The position numbers and the translations under genes were made by a program. Shown here piece by piece: positions 1 through 9,397 of a stretch of DNA of 64,000 bases. Position 1 is the first letter of the stretch. Each line of letters opens with the position of its first letter. Source of the DNA: an uncultured bacterium (lineage in GTDB: Bacteria; Chloroflexota; UBA5177; JANWHV01); the NCBI GenBank assembly GCA_963729625.1, contig CAVSOU010000010.1:480001-544000 (forward strand). The letters are read 5' to 3'. Under the pieces are notes generated by a model. It was not told where the DNA came from and made no database searches. It worked only from the letters and a program-made list of their open reading frames with translations.

Positions 1-64
1 AGCTCAATCGGTTGATGGTGTCACCCCACAAAGCGCTGGCCGGCATATTGTGACGACCTGAACC

Positions 65-1432
65 GTGGCGTCGCGGGGGGAGAGAATGGTCGCGCTCGCC
101 AAACCCGAAGGTATGACGGATGCGGATGCCGCCATCTGGTGTGACCTCGACGTAATCGAGATGTGCGCGCTCGAGACGGCCAAGGGCAGGGCGATCTGCG
201 CAACGCCTGTTGGCTCGCGCTATCCGTATGTCTATCCGCGCGACAACGCACAGTGTGCCCGGGCGCTCGGCAAGCTGGTCACGTACTCGCAGTGCAAGGA
301 CGTGATCGACCGTGCCTTCTCGCTTCTGGGGCACATTGCATTGTATCTGCTGGAGGTCCAGCGGCCCGACGGCTTCTGGGGCCAACGCTATGACGTCGAC
401 GGAAATGACAAGGCCATCTATCAACAGGAGGACAACGTCGCGCTGGGCATGAGCGCCCTTCTCGACTACCTCTATGCGGCCGAATGGCTCGAGCGCATCC
501 CTTCGTGGGCCCACCGAATTCGCGACGCGGTTGAAGCCTCGGCCGCGTATGCCATTGACCACTACTATCGCTCCGAGATTAACCTGTTCTACGGCACGAC
601 ATCGATTCACGAATCGCGGATGGTACAGGGCTACGACATCTGGACTAACTTCGCCTACCTGCGGGCCTTCACGAGAGCCTTCCACGTATCGAGCGGATGG
701 GGCGGTTTCAATGACTGGTTCCCGACGATCAAAGAATTCTGCCGCCAATTCGAGGATGCGGTGTTCCGCATCTTTATCCACGATGGGCGCTACGTCCGCA
801 GGATAGATCCGCGAGGCATGTATGACGAGCGCCCCGACTTCATCATGCTGTCGCCGTTCTACTTCGGCTTCCTGAACCGTAACGCCAAGGCGCAGAAGGC
901 TTCCGCCGACGCCATCGCGGAGGAACTATGGGATCCCGAACTGGGCGGGCTTCAGCGCTATCTCCCGTATACGGAGGATTTCACCTGTCACACGCACAGT
1001 GGCGCCGGTCCGTGGCTCGACTACACACTCGTCCTCGCACAATACCTCTACGTGGCGGGGCACGCGGGTGAGGCAGACAACATCTTGCACCTTGTCGAGT
1101 CGTACCGGACGGACGAAGGGTACCTTGCCGAGCACCTGACCACGCCACGTCGCTTCCATCATTTCTACTCGACGCAGTGGGACACCGGCATCGACTTTCA
1201 GAAAGAATTCGACAAAGAGTGTTTGCTGCCGAACGTCTCGTTTGACTTCATTGTCGAGGAGCTCATCCACATGCGAGATGCCTACCAGCGCGTCAAGAGG
1301 CAGATCGATGAGAATCCCAGCGCGCACTTTCTTCGGTTCGCGACCCCCTTGATGCGAGCACATGCCGAACACGCGCTGGCGGTCCTGGCGCGGCAGCAGT
1401 TTGCCGCCAGGGCAGCGAAAGGGCACAATTGA
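65..1432 (+). CDS. Glycoside hydrolase family 15-like (six-hairpin glycosidase) protein
   Basis: YPYVYPRD motif, W.QRY..DG, GL.RY, GPW, LAEH and C-terminal PLM.AHAE resemble glucoamylase/GH15 motifs; alternative ATG at 86. Confidence 0.7.
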   Translation: MASRGERMVALAKPEGMTDADAAIWCDLDVIEMCALETAKGRAICATPVGSRYPYVYPRDNAQCARALGKLVTYSQCKDVIDRAFSLLGHIALYLLEVQRPDGFWGQRYDVDGNDKAIYQQEDNVALGMSALLDYLYAAEWLERIPSWAHRIRDAVEASAAYAIDHYYRSEINLFYGTTSIHESRMVQGYDIWTNFAYLRAFTRAFHVSSGWGGFNDWFPTIKEFCRQFEDAVFRIFIHDGRYVRRIDPRGMYDERPDFIMLSPFYFGFLNRNAKAQKASADAIAEELWDPELGGLQRYLPYTEDFTCHTHSGAGPWLDYTLVLAQYLYVAGHAGEADNILHLVESYRTDEGYLAEHLTTPRRFHHFYSTQWDTGIDFQKEFDKECLLPNVSFDFIVEELIHMRDAYQRVKRQIDENPSAHFLRFATPLMRAHAEHALAVLARQQFAARAAKGHN

Positions 1433-2241
1433 CGCGCATCCTGCTCGACCTGGCCATCGGCGACCTGATGCCGGCTTCAGAGCAGCCGCGAAAGCGTTTC
1501 GACGAGGAGCCTCTGGCGGAGCTCGCCGCGTCCATTGCCGTCTATGGCATGTTGCAGCCGCTGCTGGTGACGCGCAGTTCCCGGCGCGACACGCCGCCTC
1601 GATACCGAATCGTCGCCGGTGAGCGACGCTGGCGTGCGGCGATCATCGCGGAAATACCTTCGGTTCCAGCCCTGTTGATCGGCGATGACGAACGAGTAAA
1701 CCAGGAAATCTCGCTTGTCGAGAATCTTCATCGAGCCGATCTGCAGCCTCTCGAGCTCGCTCAAGCGTACCAGGCAATCATCAAGTCAACAGGCTGCACC
1801 CAGGATGAACTCGCTGCACGGCTGGGGAAGAGTCGCGTGAGCCTAACCAATACGTTGCGCTTGCTCGGACTTGGCTACTCGGCTCAGCAGGCGCTGGCGT
1901 CAAACCGACTCACCGAGGGTCACGCGCGCGCACTGCTCGCAGTTTCGGGCACTGCGCAGGACGCAGCGCTGCAGCGGGTGCTTTCTAGCGGCTTGTCCGT
2001 ACGGCAGACGGAGGCGCTCACAAGGAGGATCATGGCCGAGCGACGGCCGCGTTCGACGTCGAACGTGCAGACTGACCTTCGTGCCTTGACTGAAGCCCTC
2101 CGGTGCGTAGTGAGCGCCCCTATCTCGATAGCGGGAACGGCAGACTCGGGCAGAATCGTGATCGAGTACCATTCGCGGGATGAATTGGAACGATTGTGCG
2201 AGCGTCTCGGCGGCGCGGAACTGGCGGATACCCTGGCCTGA
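1429..2241 (+). CDS. parB: ParB/RepB/Spo0J family protein
   Basis: QPRKRF, GMLQP, IVAGERRWRAA CTP-binding motif, ENLHRADL, HTH and GHARALL; TTG start overlaps upstream TGA. Confidence 0.85.
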   Translation: MTRILLDLAIGDLMPASEQPRKRFDEEPLAELAASIAVYGMLQPLLVTRSSRRDTPPRYRIVAGERRWRAAIIAEIPSVPALLIGDDERVNQEISLVENLHRADLQPLELAQAYQAIIKSTGCTQDELAARLGKSRVSLTNTLRLLGLGYSAQQALASNRLTEGHARALLAVSGTAQDAALQRVLSSGLSVRQTEALTRRIMAERRPRSTSNVQTDLRALTEALRCVVSAPISIAGTADSGRIVIEYHSRDELERLCERLGGAELADTLA

Positions 2242-2362
2242 AAGCGGCATCCGCGAACCCTTGAGCGCGCGAGGCTGTATACTACCTCACGGACCAACGA
2301 GTACCACGCGCGGCCTTCCCGGGTCCGCGAAACCACCTGAGAGTCACGGAGCAACACGCGCG

Positions 2363-3373
2363 ATGACCGTGGAGGCGGCAATCTCTCTCGGCTCAGAAAT
2401 ACGCCCGCTGTCAGATGTTGAGCCTCACCGCGGCACGGCGGCAATCGATATTTCGATGGTGATCCCGGTCTACAACGAAGTCGAGAGCGTGCCGAAACTG
2501 CACGAGAAGCTTACTCAGGTCTTGGCGGCACAGGGCTGCAGTTATGAGATTATCTTCATCGACGACGGGAGCACCGACGGCACATTCGGCGCGGTCAAGG
2601 ACTTGTTCGTGCAAGATCCAGCGCATGTGCGCGTGTTGAGTTTCCGGCGCAACTTCGGCAAGACAGCGGGTCTTGCGGCAGGCTTCGACAACTGTCGCGG
2701 CGAGATCATTTTCACGATGGACGCCGATTTGCAGGACGACCCCGAAGAGATTCCGCACTTCCTGGATAAGCTTGCCGAGGGCTATGATCTCGTCTCCGGT
2801 TGGAAGCAGAAGCGCAACGATCCCGTTTCGAAGACTTTGCCGTCCAAGATATTCAACGCGGTCGTGTCGTCCTCGACTGGCGTGCGCTTGCACGATATCG
2901 ACTGCGGATTCAAGGCATACCGCCGAGAGGTCACCGACGAACTCAAGCTCTACGCTGACCTCCATCGCTTCATCCCGGTGATGGCCCACTGGCGGGGGTT
3001 CCGCATCGCCGAGATCCCCGTACAGCATCATGCGCGCAAGTTTGGCAGGTCGAAGTACGGGATCCGTCGTTACGCGCGTGGCGCGCTGGACTTCTTCAAG
3101 GTGCTGTTCCTCACGCGGTACATGCAGAAACCTCTGTCTCTGTTCGGTACGATCGGCGCTGCGCTTTCCATGATCGGGATTCTCTGTGGCCTGTACCTGA
3201 CAGAAGAGCACTTCCGCACCGGCAATATCGGATCTCGACCATTGCTCGACCTCTCGGTGCTTCTCGTGATCACGGGGGTTCAGTTGTTCAGCCTGGGTCT
3301 CCTCGGGGAGATGCTGCGGCACGTGTCCTATCGCCGGGCGGAAGAGTACAGCATCCGGCAGCGCTTGGAATGA
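2363..3373 (+). CDS. GT2 polyprenyl-phosphate glycosyltransferase (ArnC/GtrB-like) with C-terminal TM helices
   Basis: VIPVYNE, IDDGSTD, RNFGK, MDADLQDDP and two C-terminal TMs; ATG 2363 chosen over ORF-track start 2180. Confidence 0.9.
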   Translation: MTVEAAISLGSEIRPLSDVEPHRGTAAIDISMVIPVYNEVESVPKLHEKLTQVLAAQGCSYEIIFIDDGSTDGTFGAVKDLFVQDPAHVRVLSFRRNFGKTAGLAAGFDNCRGEIIFTMDADLQDDPEEIPHFLDKLAEGYDLVSGWKQKRNDPVSKTLPSKIFNAVVSSSTGVRLHDIDCGFKAYRREVTDELKLYADLHRFIPVMAHWRGFRIAEIPVQHHARKFGRSKYGIRRYARGALDFFKVLFLTRYMQKPLSLFGTIGAALSMIGILCGLYLTEEHFRTGNIGSRPLLDLSVLLVITGVQLFSLGLLGEMLRHVSYRRAEEYSIRQRLE

Positions 3374-4335
3374 CGCGGCTCACTACAATGTGGCGCAGCA
3401 TCTGGGTGAGATACTCGCTCACTGCGGTGCTTCTTGCCGCTATCCTCTGGAAGGTCAACCCCAAGCAGTTTTGGGACACTGGACACAGCCTCAACCTGAC
3501 TAACCTCGTGTTGGCCATGTCGCTTACAGTGCCATTTCTCTTTCTCAAGGCCTTTCGATGGCACGCCATTCTGCGCGCCGGCAAATGCCGAGCAACGTTT
3601 GCTGAGTCCTTCGTTTCTCTGGTCGGCGGTATGGGCGTAGCGCTGCTGACACCTGCGAGACTCGGGGAACTCACGCGAGCGGCATATCTCTCCGAGCCGA
3701 GGAAAGTACGCGTTGGCGCGCTGGTAATGGTCGACAAGGTATATGACGTGGTAGTGCTGGCGATCCTGGCAATACCCGGAGCGTGGCTGCTGGTCAGCCC
3801 TCTGCTTGCCCTGGCCTTTGCCGCCATCGGGCTTGCCGGGGTGTACCTGGCGGTGCAGCCTCGAGGGCTGCAGACAGCATTTCGCGTGTGCAGGCCATTG
3901 CCCTACTACAAGAAGATCGATGGGGCCATGGGCCGATTCGCGGAGTTCCCGGGCACTGTAGGTTTCGCCTGCCTGATGTACACGCTTGGGTCATTTCTCA
4001 TCGTCCTGGCGCAGTATTGGATTATCTTGCGCGCGTGGAACGTGGGCGGGCTCAACGTCGTCGTGTATTGTTTTCCGATGGTTGTGCTGTCAAACGCCGT
4101 TCCGCTGACCGTCGCCGGGCTCGGCACCCGCGAGGGGCTAGCAATTATCCTCCTCAATCACTATGGGATCGCCCGATCAATTGCGGGCACCAGCGCATTT
4201 CTCATGTTCTTTATGAATACGGCCCTCCCAGGCGTCATTGGAGCCGTGGTGACGCCATTCTTTCGCCCGCCCTCGGCGGTACCCGAAGACCTGGCCATGC
4301 GACCGTCGAGCAGCGAAAGCGTGGTGCAGCCATGA
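3370..4335 (+). CDS. Lysylphosphatidylglycerol synthase TM-domain / UPF0104 putative flippase
   Basis: Multi-TM protein with RW, TPARLGE..R and P...GLG.RE motifs; ATGA-coupled on both sides. Confidence 0.8.
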   Translation: MTRLTTMWRSIWVRYSLTAVLLAAILWKVNPKQFWDTGHSLNLTNLVLAMSLTVPFLFLKAFRWHAILRAGKCRATFAESFVSLVGGMGVALLTPARLGELTRAAYLSEPRKVRVGALVMVDKVYDVVVLAILAIPGAWLLVSPLLALAFAAIGLAGVYLAVQPRGLQTAFRVCRPLPYYKKIDGAMGRFAEFPGTVGFACLMYTLGSFLIVLAQYWIILRAWNVGGLNVVVYCFPMVVLSNAVPLTVAGLGTREGLAIILLNHYGIARSIAGTSAFLMFFMNTALPGVIGAVVTPFFRPPSAVPEDLAMRPSSSESVVQP

Positions 4336-6503
4336 CTGCGCCCGCGACCCGGGTCCAACCACAGCGCGCGACTCGCCCGACCCCTGCACGGGACATGGCA
4401 GTCCACGTCCCCAGCCCAGCCGAACGCATGGCACGGTCCAGTACTGAACTGGGATTCTTGGCCGTGACCGCGCTCTACGCGGTGGTGTTTACCGCGATCA
4501 GCCTGCAGCAATATCACGCGTTCGTGCCTCACGCGTTGGACCTTGGCAATATGGCCCAGACGTTCTGGAACACGGTGCACGGTCATCCGTTCAGGTTCCA
4601 GAACATGCGCGCGCACGCATCCGTGGAAGCATTCGGCACTTTGACGCGGCTGAGCTTCCACGTGGAGCCGCTTATCCCATTCATGGCGATCTTCTATTTC
4701 TTTTATCAGCACGTCGAGACTCTTCTGGTGCTGCAGACCCTGGCAATTGCCACGGGCGCCATTCCAACGCGCCTGCTAGCGCGATCGCATCTGCACAACG
4801 GGCTGGCCGAGGTCGCGTTCCCGGTCGCCTACCTGCTCTACCCGGCGCTCGAAGCAGCTAACCTCTACGAGTTTCACCCTGTGGCTGTCGCGGCGCCGCT
4901 GCTCGTGTGGGCGTTCTATTTCGCCGACACCCAACGGTACACGCTCTTCGTGCTCATGGCTACGGCCGCGATGGGCTGCAAAGAAGAGATGGGTCTGCTC
5001 GTAGCCCTGATGGGCGTTTGGATCGCGGTGCGCAACACTGAGTGGCATTTTGGCTCCATCGTCGTCGTGCTCGGCGTGGTCTGGTCGTACATCGCGCTGA
5101 AGGTCGTGGTGCCACACTTCAACCTTGCCGATAGCTCGTACTGGGACCGCTACGTGCCACCCGGCTACTTCGGCAATCAGGTTGTGACCCAGAGCGACGC
5201 CATTCACTTCTGGCGCGACCATCCCGACCTTGTATGGAGCAACTTAACCAGCGAGGCTAAGGTGAGCTATATGCATCGGATACTCTATCCGACCGGCTAC
5301 CTGTCGCTGCTCAGCCCAATTACGCTGCTAGTCGCGCTCCCCAGCCTTGCTCTAATTATGTTAAGTTATGAGCCACACATGATCAGCGGGGTCGCGCATT
5401 ACTCGGCGGAGCTTGTTCCTGTGCTGGTGGTCGCATCGATCCTGGGCGTCGAATGGCTGGCGACGCGCGTAGCGCCCCGGCTGCGTATCCCCCCGGTCAC
5501 TGTCGTCGTGGCGTGCAGCGCCTATGTGCTTGCCGCCGCGGTCTTCAACCAGCACGACAACGGGTTCAGCCCGCTTGCCAAGAGCTTCGCCTATCCGTCA
5601 ATCACCGCGCACGACAAGATCGTGGAACAGATTCTTGCCATGATCCCAGCTAACGCGTCTGTCTCGGCCCAGGATAATCTCGATGCACACCTGAGCGATC
5701 GTGAGCAAATCTACCTCTTTCCCGATACCGATAGTGGTCGGGTCCAGTACATCGCCCTGGACGCCACACAGCCCACCGGCTCGGTGATGCGAGTATGCGA
5801 TCTCGCGGTGCAGGTCATTGGAAACAACGCGGCATGCGACGTGGCCGCCGGCCCCGCAACGCCATCATCGATCCCGAATGCCGACTCGTACAACCGCAAC
5901 GCGTTCTTGCGGAATGGCAAATGGACGATCGTCGCCGCGAACGACGGCATGCTGCTGCTTACGAAGCACCTCAAGGGCGGGCCGCTGGTCACGACGCTAC
6001 CGCCGCAGTTCTGGACGTTTATGGAGCCCCCCGCGACCAGCGTGCCGTCCGGGCCCCCTATTGCGCAGCTAGGGGACTACCTGCAGCTCCAGGCCTTCAG
6101 GCTGAGCAGGACAGAGATCGTCAATCTCAGGAACCCCGACGTGCTGGTAACCACGTGGTGGAAGGTGCTGAAGCCATTGCCGCAGCGATCGCGCCTCATA
6201 CATTATCTCACCGACTACCGAGGCGCGCTTCAGGTGTTCTCCGACGATCAGCAGGCGACCGACTGGCAAGTGCTGAGCCAATGGCAGGTGGGAAGAGTCT
6301 ACAAGGTCCTGTCGTATCAATTAAGTGTCTATACGGCGAAGAGCGGCAAGATCGACGTCGACGTGGGCCTCACCGACAACGATCACCGGTACCAGGTCGT
6401 CGGCTTCAACGAGCCCGTCACGGTGCTCAATGCCGAGACCGGTGTTCTCGCGGTAGGCGGTGGCCGCGTGCTCAAGCTGGCGTCGATTCAAGCGACGCTT
6501 TGA
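4332..6503 (+). CDS. DUF2079-family membrane protein (putative GT-C glycosyltransferase) with extracellular C-terminal domain
   Basis: DLG..Q.FWN, HVEP, EFHP, KEE, HYS motifs and many TMs; ATG 4332 overlaps upstream stop. Confidence 0.75.
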   Translation: MTAPATRVQPQRATRPTPARDMAVHVPSPAERMARSSTELGFLAVTALYAVVFTAISLQQYHAFVPHALDLGNMAQTFWNTVHGHPFRFQNMRAHASVEAFGTLTRLSFHVEPLIPFMAIFYFFYQHVETLLVLQTLAIATGAIPTRLLARSHLHNGLAEVAFPVAYLLYPALEAANLYEFHPVAVAAPLLVWAFYFADTQRYTLFVLMATAAMGCKEEMGLLVALMGVWIAVRNTEWHFGSIVVVLGVVWSYIALKVVVPHFNLADSSYWDRYVPPGYFGNQVVTQSDAIHFWRDHPDLVWSNLTSEAKVSYMHRILYPTGYLSLLSPITLLVALPSLALIMLSYEPHMISGVAHYSAELVPVLVVASILGVEWLATRVAPRLRIPPVTVVVACSAYVLAAAVFNQHDNGFSPLAKSFAYPSITAHDKIVEQILAMIPANASVSAQDNLDAHLSDREQIYLFPDTDSGRVQYIALDATQPTGSVMRVCDLAVQVIGNNAACDVAAGPATPSSIPNADSYNRNAFLRNGKWTIVAANDGMLLLTKHLKGGPLVTTLPPQFWTFMEPPATSVPSGPPIAQLGDYLQLQAFRLSRTEIVNLRNPDVLVTTWWKVLKPLPQRSRLIHYLTDYRGALQVFSDDQQATDWQVLSQWQVGRVYKVLSYQLSVYTAKSGKIDVDVGLTDNDHRYQVVGFNEPVTVLNAETGVLAVGGGRVLKLASIQATL

Positions 6504-7122
6504 TCGGAGGCCTTGTACGCGCGTAGGCGTCTATGGCGGGACATTCGATCCGATTCACGTCGGTCATCTCGCCGCGGCTGAGGCGGTGCGCGAGGCGCTG
6601 CAACTTGACAGCATTGTCTTTGTGCCCAACTGGCAGCAGCCGCTCAAGACAGACACGCCGCTAGCGAACGCGGCGCAGCGCCTGGCCATGGTCAAGCTGG
6701 CGATCGACGACAACGTGCATTTCCTGGTCAGCGACATCGAGTTGCGGCAAGAGGCGCCCGCATACACGATCGACACCCTTGATGCGCTCAGCAGAGAACA
6801 CCCCCAAGAGCGATTTCAGTTCATTCTCGGCGTCGACGCAGCCAACCAGCTCGCACTTTGGCGCGAGCCGGCTCGCCTGCTGGCCGATTATCAGCCCATC
6901 ATAATGCTGCGGGCAGGGTGGCGAGACCCCGACTGGTCGGCATTGACGGCCATTCACCCGCGCGCCCGCCGCCTGGCCCTCGTGGTCGAAGTGCCATGGC
7001 TCGAGATCGCGTCGCAGGACCTTCGGGCTCGCGTGCGGACAGGAAGATCCGTGCGCTATCTTGTGCCTGAGAGAGTGCGAGAGTTCATTGAGTTACATGG
7101 CCTCTATCGCCTTGACGCGTGA
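6460..7122 (+). CDS. nadD: Nicotinate-nucleotide adenylyltransferase (true start probably near 6517)
   Basis: GVYGGTFDPIHVGH (HxGH), YTIDTL, ILGVDA, W, IAS..LR, GLY. Confidence 0.93.
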   Translation: MAACSSWRRFKRRFDRRPCTRVGVYGGTFDPIHVGHLAAAEAVREALQLDSIVFVPNWQQPLKTDTPLANAAQRLAMVKLAIDDNVHFLVSDIELRQEAPAYTIDTLDALSREHPQERFQFILGVDAANQLALWREPARLLADYQPIIMLRAGWRDPDWSALTAIHPRARRLALVVEVPWLEIASQDLRARVRTGRSVRYLVPERVREFIELHGLYRLDA

Positions 7123-7140
7123 GAGACGCGACAGTAGCAT
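7112..7140 (+). promoter_or_regulatory. Sigma70-type promoter of the SRP RNA
   Basis: TTGACG-17 bp-TAGCAT ending 6 nt before the RNA 5' end. Confidence 0.7.
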
Positions 7141-7146
7141 ACCATC

Positions 7147-7423
7147 GTGACCGTGCTAGGCGGGGGGATAGCCGTCCCCTGAACGGCAATCCGGCTATAT
7201 GGCCGGCGGAATCCCGGGCTCACGGGTGGCCCCTGTTGGGGACTGCACTTGCTCAGCGGCGTTCAACGCGCTGGGTCCTGACCGGCGGAGGCCCACGAAC
7301 CCCGTCAGATCGAAAGAAGCAGCGGTAAGGGGTGTCCTCCGGGTGCGTCGGGAGTGCCTGGTGCGCAGTCGAAGAGCGGGCGTAAGCCGAACAAGGACAC
7401 TCAAAGGTTTGGTGCACGGTCAC
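7147..7423 (+). ncRNA. ffs: Large (Bacillus-type, Alu-domain) signal recognition particle RNA
   Basis: Terminal helix GTGACCGTGC/GCACGGTCAC; 5' CCGTGCTAGGCGGGG...GCAATCC...GAATCCC like Bacillus scRNA; helix 8 GTCAGATCGAAAGAAGCAGC; lies upstream of dnaX-ybaB-recR as in Bacillus. Confidence 0.92.
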
Positions 7424-7539
7424 TTACATCGGTTGTACACGGCCGATTCAGTATCCGCCGCGGGTGGTGGCGCCGATCGTACCGCATGCGTGTGATGGGC
7501 GGGTCGCAGCAAGAGCCGGGCTGAGGAGCGATAGCGCGC

Positions 7540-9366
7540 GTGGACGACGGCAGTTCTCTCCTTCCATTGGCGCCGAAGGCCCCGACCGATTCCCTGAGCG
7601 AAGGCGACCGGGCTTCGCTGTATCGCGCTTACCGGTCGCTGACCTTTGCCGAAGTCGTTGGCCAGCGCCATGTCACGCAAACCCTGCGTAACGCGGTCCG
7701 GTACGGCAAGGTTGCGCATGCCTACCTCTTCACAGGCCCGCGGGGGACGGGCAAGACGAGCACCGCGCGGATCCTCGCGCGGGCGGTGAACTGCCTCAAC
7801 CCGCAAGACGGTGAACCGTGCAACGCCTGCACGATCTGCGTGAGCATGTTGCAGCGGCGTTCTCTGGACCTGGTCGAGATCGACGGAGCGTCGAACAACA
7901 GCGTTGAGGACGTGCGCGAGCTGCGTGAGCGCGTGAACCTGCGACCGGCCGAAGGCCGCCGCAAGGTCTTCATTATCGACGAGGTCCACATGCTCTCGAT
8001 TGGGGCATTCAACGCGCTGCTGAAGACGCTGGAAGAGCCGCCAGACCACATCCTCTTCGCGCTGGCGACAACAGAGCTCCATAAGGTGCCCGCCACGGTT
8101 CGATCGCGTTGTCAGCTGCTCGAGCTACATCCAATTTCGGCCGGTGATATGGCTGAACGTGTGCGCTATGTATGCGCAAGCGAGCGCATCGAGGCAACCG
8201 ATGACGTGATTCAGTTCATTACTGCGCAGAGCACGGGCAGCCTGCGCGATGCGCTGAGCCTGCTCGAGCAAATCCGTTCGTTCTGTGGCGATACGCTCGT
8301 TCTCTCCGAGGTTGAAGCCGCACTCGGCGTTGCCCGGAACACGCAGGTGGTCACCCTCGCCGGCGCCATGGCCGAAGGCGACCTCGCCAGTGCGCTGCTG
8401 ATCGCCGGAGACCTGATGGATAGTGGCGTGGATCCTCGGCAGCTGACCAGGCAGCTCGCCGGCTACTGGCGTGAAGCGCTTGTAGCCAGAGCGCGGCAGA
8501 AGCCGATCGATGAACCGAGCGTAGCACAATGCCGTGCTGAACAGATCGTGCCAGTCCTGTATACGCTCATGAGCGTGGAAACCGGTGCTCGACGCTCAGA
8601 TTCGCCCCGCTGGGCTCTCGAGACGGCGATCGCGGAAGCGACCCTCAGGTTTGGCGGCCGGTCGGGCTCACGCCGGAGCGAGCTTCTCCAAGCTGTCGAG
8701 GGCGAGCCACGGGAAACCGCAGACCCTTCGCGCGGGCACGCACCCCAGGAAGCGTCGCTGCCCGTTAGCCCAAGCGACCGGCGCCCGCGGCGGCCCGAGT
8801 CGGGCGCCGGCGCGGAACCTGCTGATCTGGCGACACAGGCCGGTATCGACGCCTCGGCCGGCCAGACCAGCATCGTGGCGCTTCCAGAACAAGAGCCGCG
8901 AGTGCACCAGGCTCTCGCTCCGTCCTCCGCCGCTGAACCGCCCGAACATCGTCCGACTGAAGTGAAGGACGCCGCAGAGGCGGGCCTGGCGCAGCCCGAG
9001 GGTGTTGCAGCGGAGCCTCGGACGCGCTGGCCGATGATATTGCGCCGCCTGCGCGAGAACAACAAGCAGCCAGTTCACGCTCTCCTGCAGAAGGTGGTTG
9101 TCGATTATATTCGGGCCGATGGCCAGGTCCTGGCTCTGCCGTTCCGGCCAGCCGATTCATTCATTCGGTCGCGATTGGAGACGACTGCGAACAGACGGAC
9201 TCTTGAAGAGGCGATCAGTGAGGTCCTTGGTGGCAAGTGGAGCGTGCGCTGTGTTACGATCGAGGAACCAGCCGGCCGGCGGACAGGCCTCGCCGACCTC
9301 GAGTACCTCGAGCAGATCGCTGCCGAAGCGAAAGCTCTGGGTGGCGAGCGCGAAGACGACATCTAG
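7540..9366 (+). CDS. dnaX: DNA polymerase III subunit gamma/tau
   Basis: LYR.YR...F, GPRGTGKT, Zn-binding cysteines, IIDEVHML, NALLKTLEEPP, SRC. Confidence 0.97.
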   Translation: MDDGSSLLPLAPKAPTDSLSEGDRASLYRAYRSLTFAEVVGQRHVTQTLRNAVRYGKVAHAYLFTGPRGTGKTSTARILARAVNCLNPQDGEPCNACTICVSMLQRRSLDLVEIDGASNNSVEDVRELRERVNLRPAEGRRKVFIIDEVHMLSIGAFNALLKTLEEPPDHILFALATTELHKVPATVRSRCQLLELHPISAGDMAERVRYVCASERIEATDDVIQFITAQSTGSLRDALSLLEQIRSFCGDTLVLSEVEAALGVARNTQVVTLAGAMAEGDLASALLIAGDLMDSGVDPRQLTRQLAGYWREALVARARQKPIDEPSVAQCRAEQIVPVLYTLMSVETGARRSDSPRWALETAIAEATLRFGGRSGSRRSELLQAVEGEPRETADPSRGHAPQEASLPVSPSDRRPRRPESGAGAEPADLATQAGIDASAGQTSIVALPEQEPRVHQALAPSSAAEPPEHRPTEVKDAAEAGLAQPEGVAAEPRTRWPMILRRLRENNKQPVHALLQKVVVDYIRADGQVLALPFRPADSFIRSRLETTANRRTLEEAISEVLGGKWSVRCVTIEEPAGRRTGLADLEYLEQIAAEAKALGGEREDDI

Positions 9367-9397
9367 CGGCGCGGGTTAAGAGAAGAGGGGTAGGCTC

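Noticed and set aside
8650-9030. Possible programmed frameshift in dnaX giving a gamma subunit
   Set aside because: No A-rich slippery site seen; the region is an ordinary Pro/Ala/Glu-rich linker in a continuous ORF
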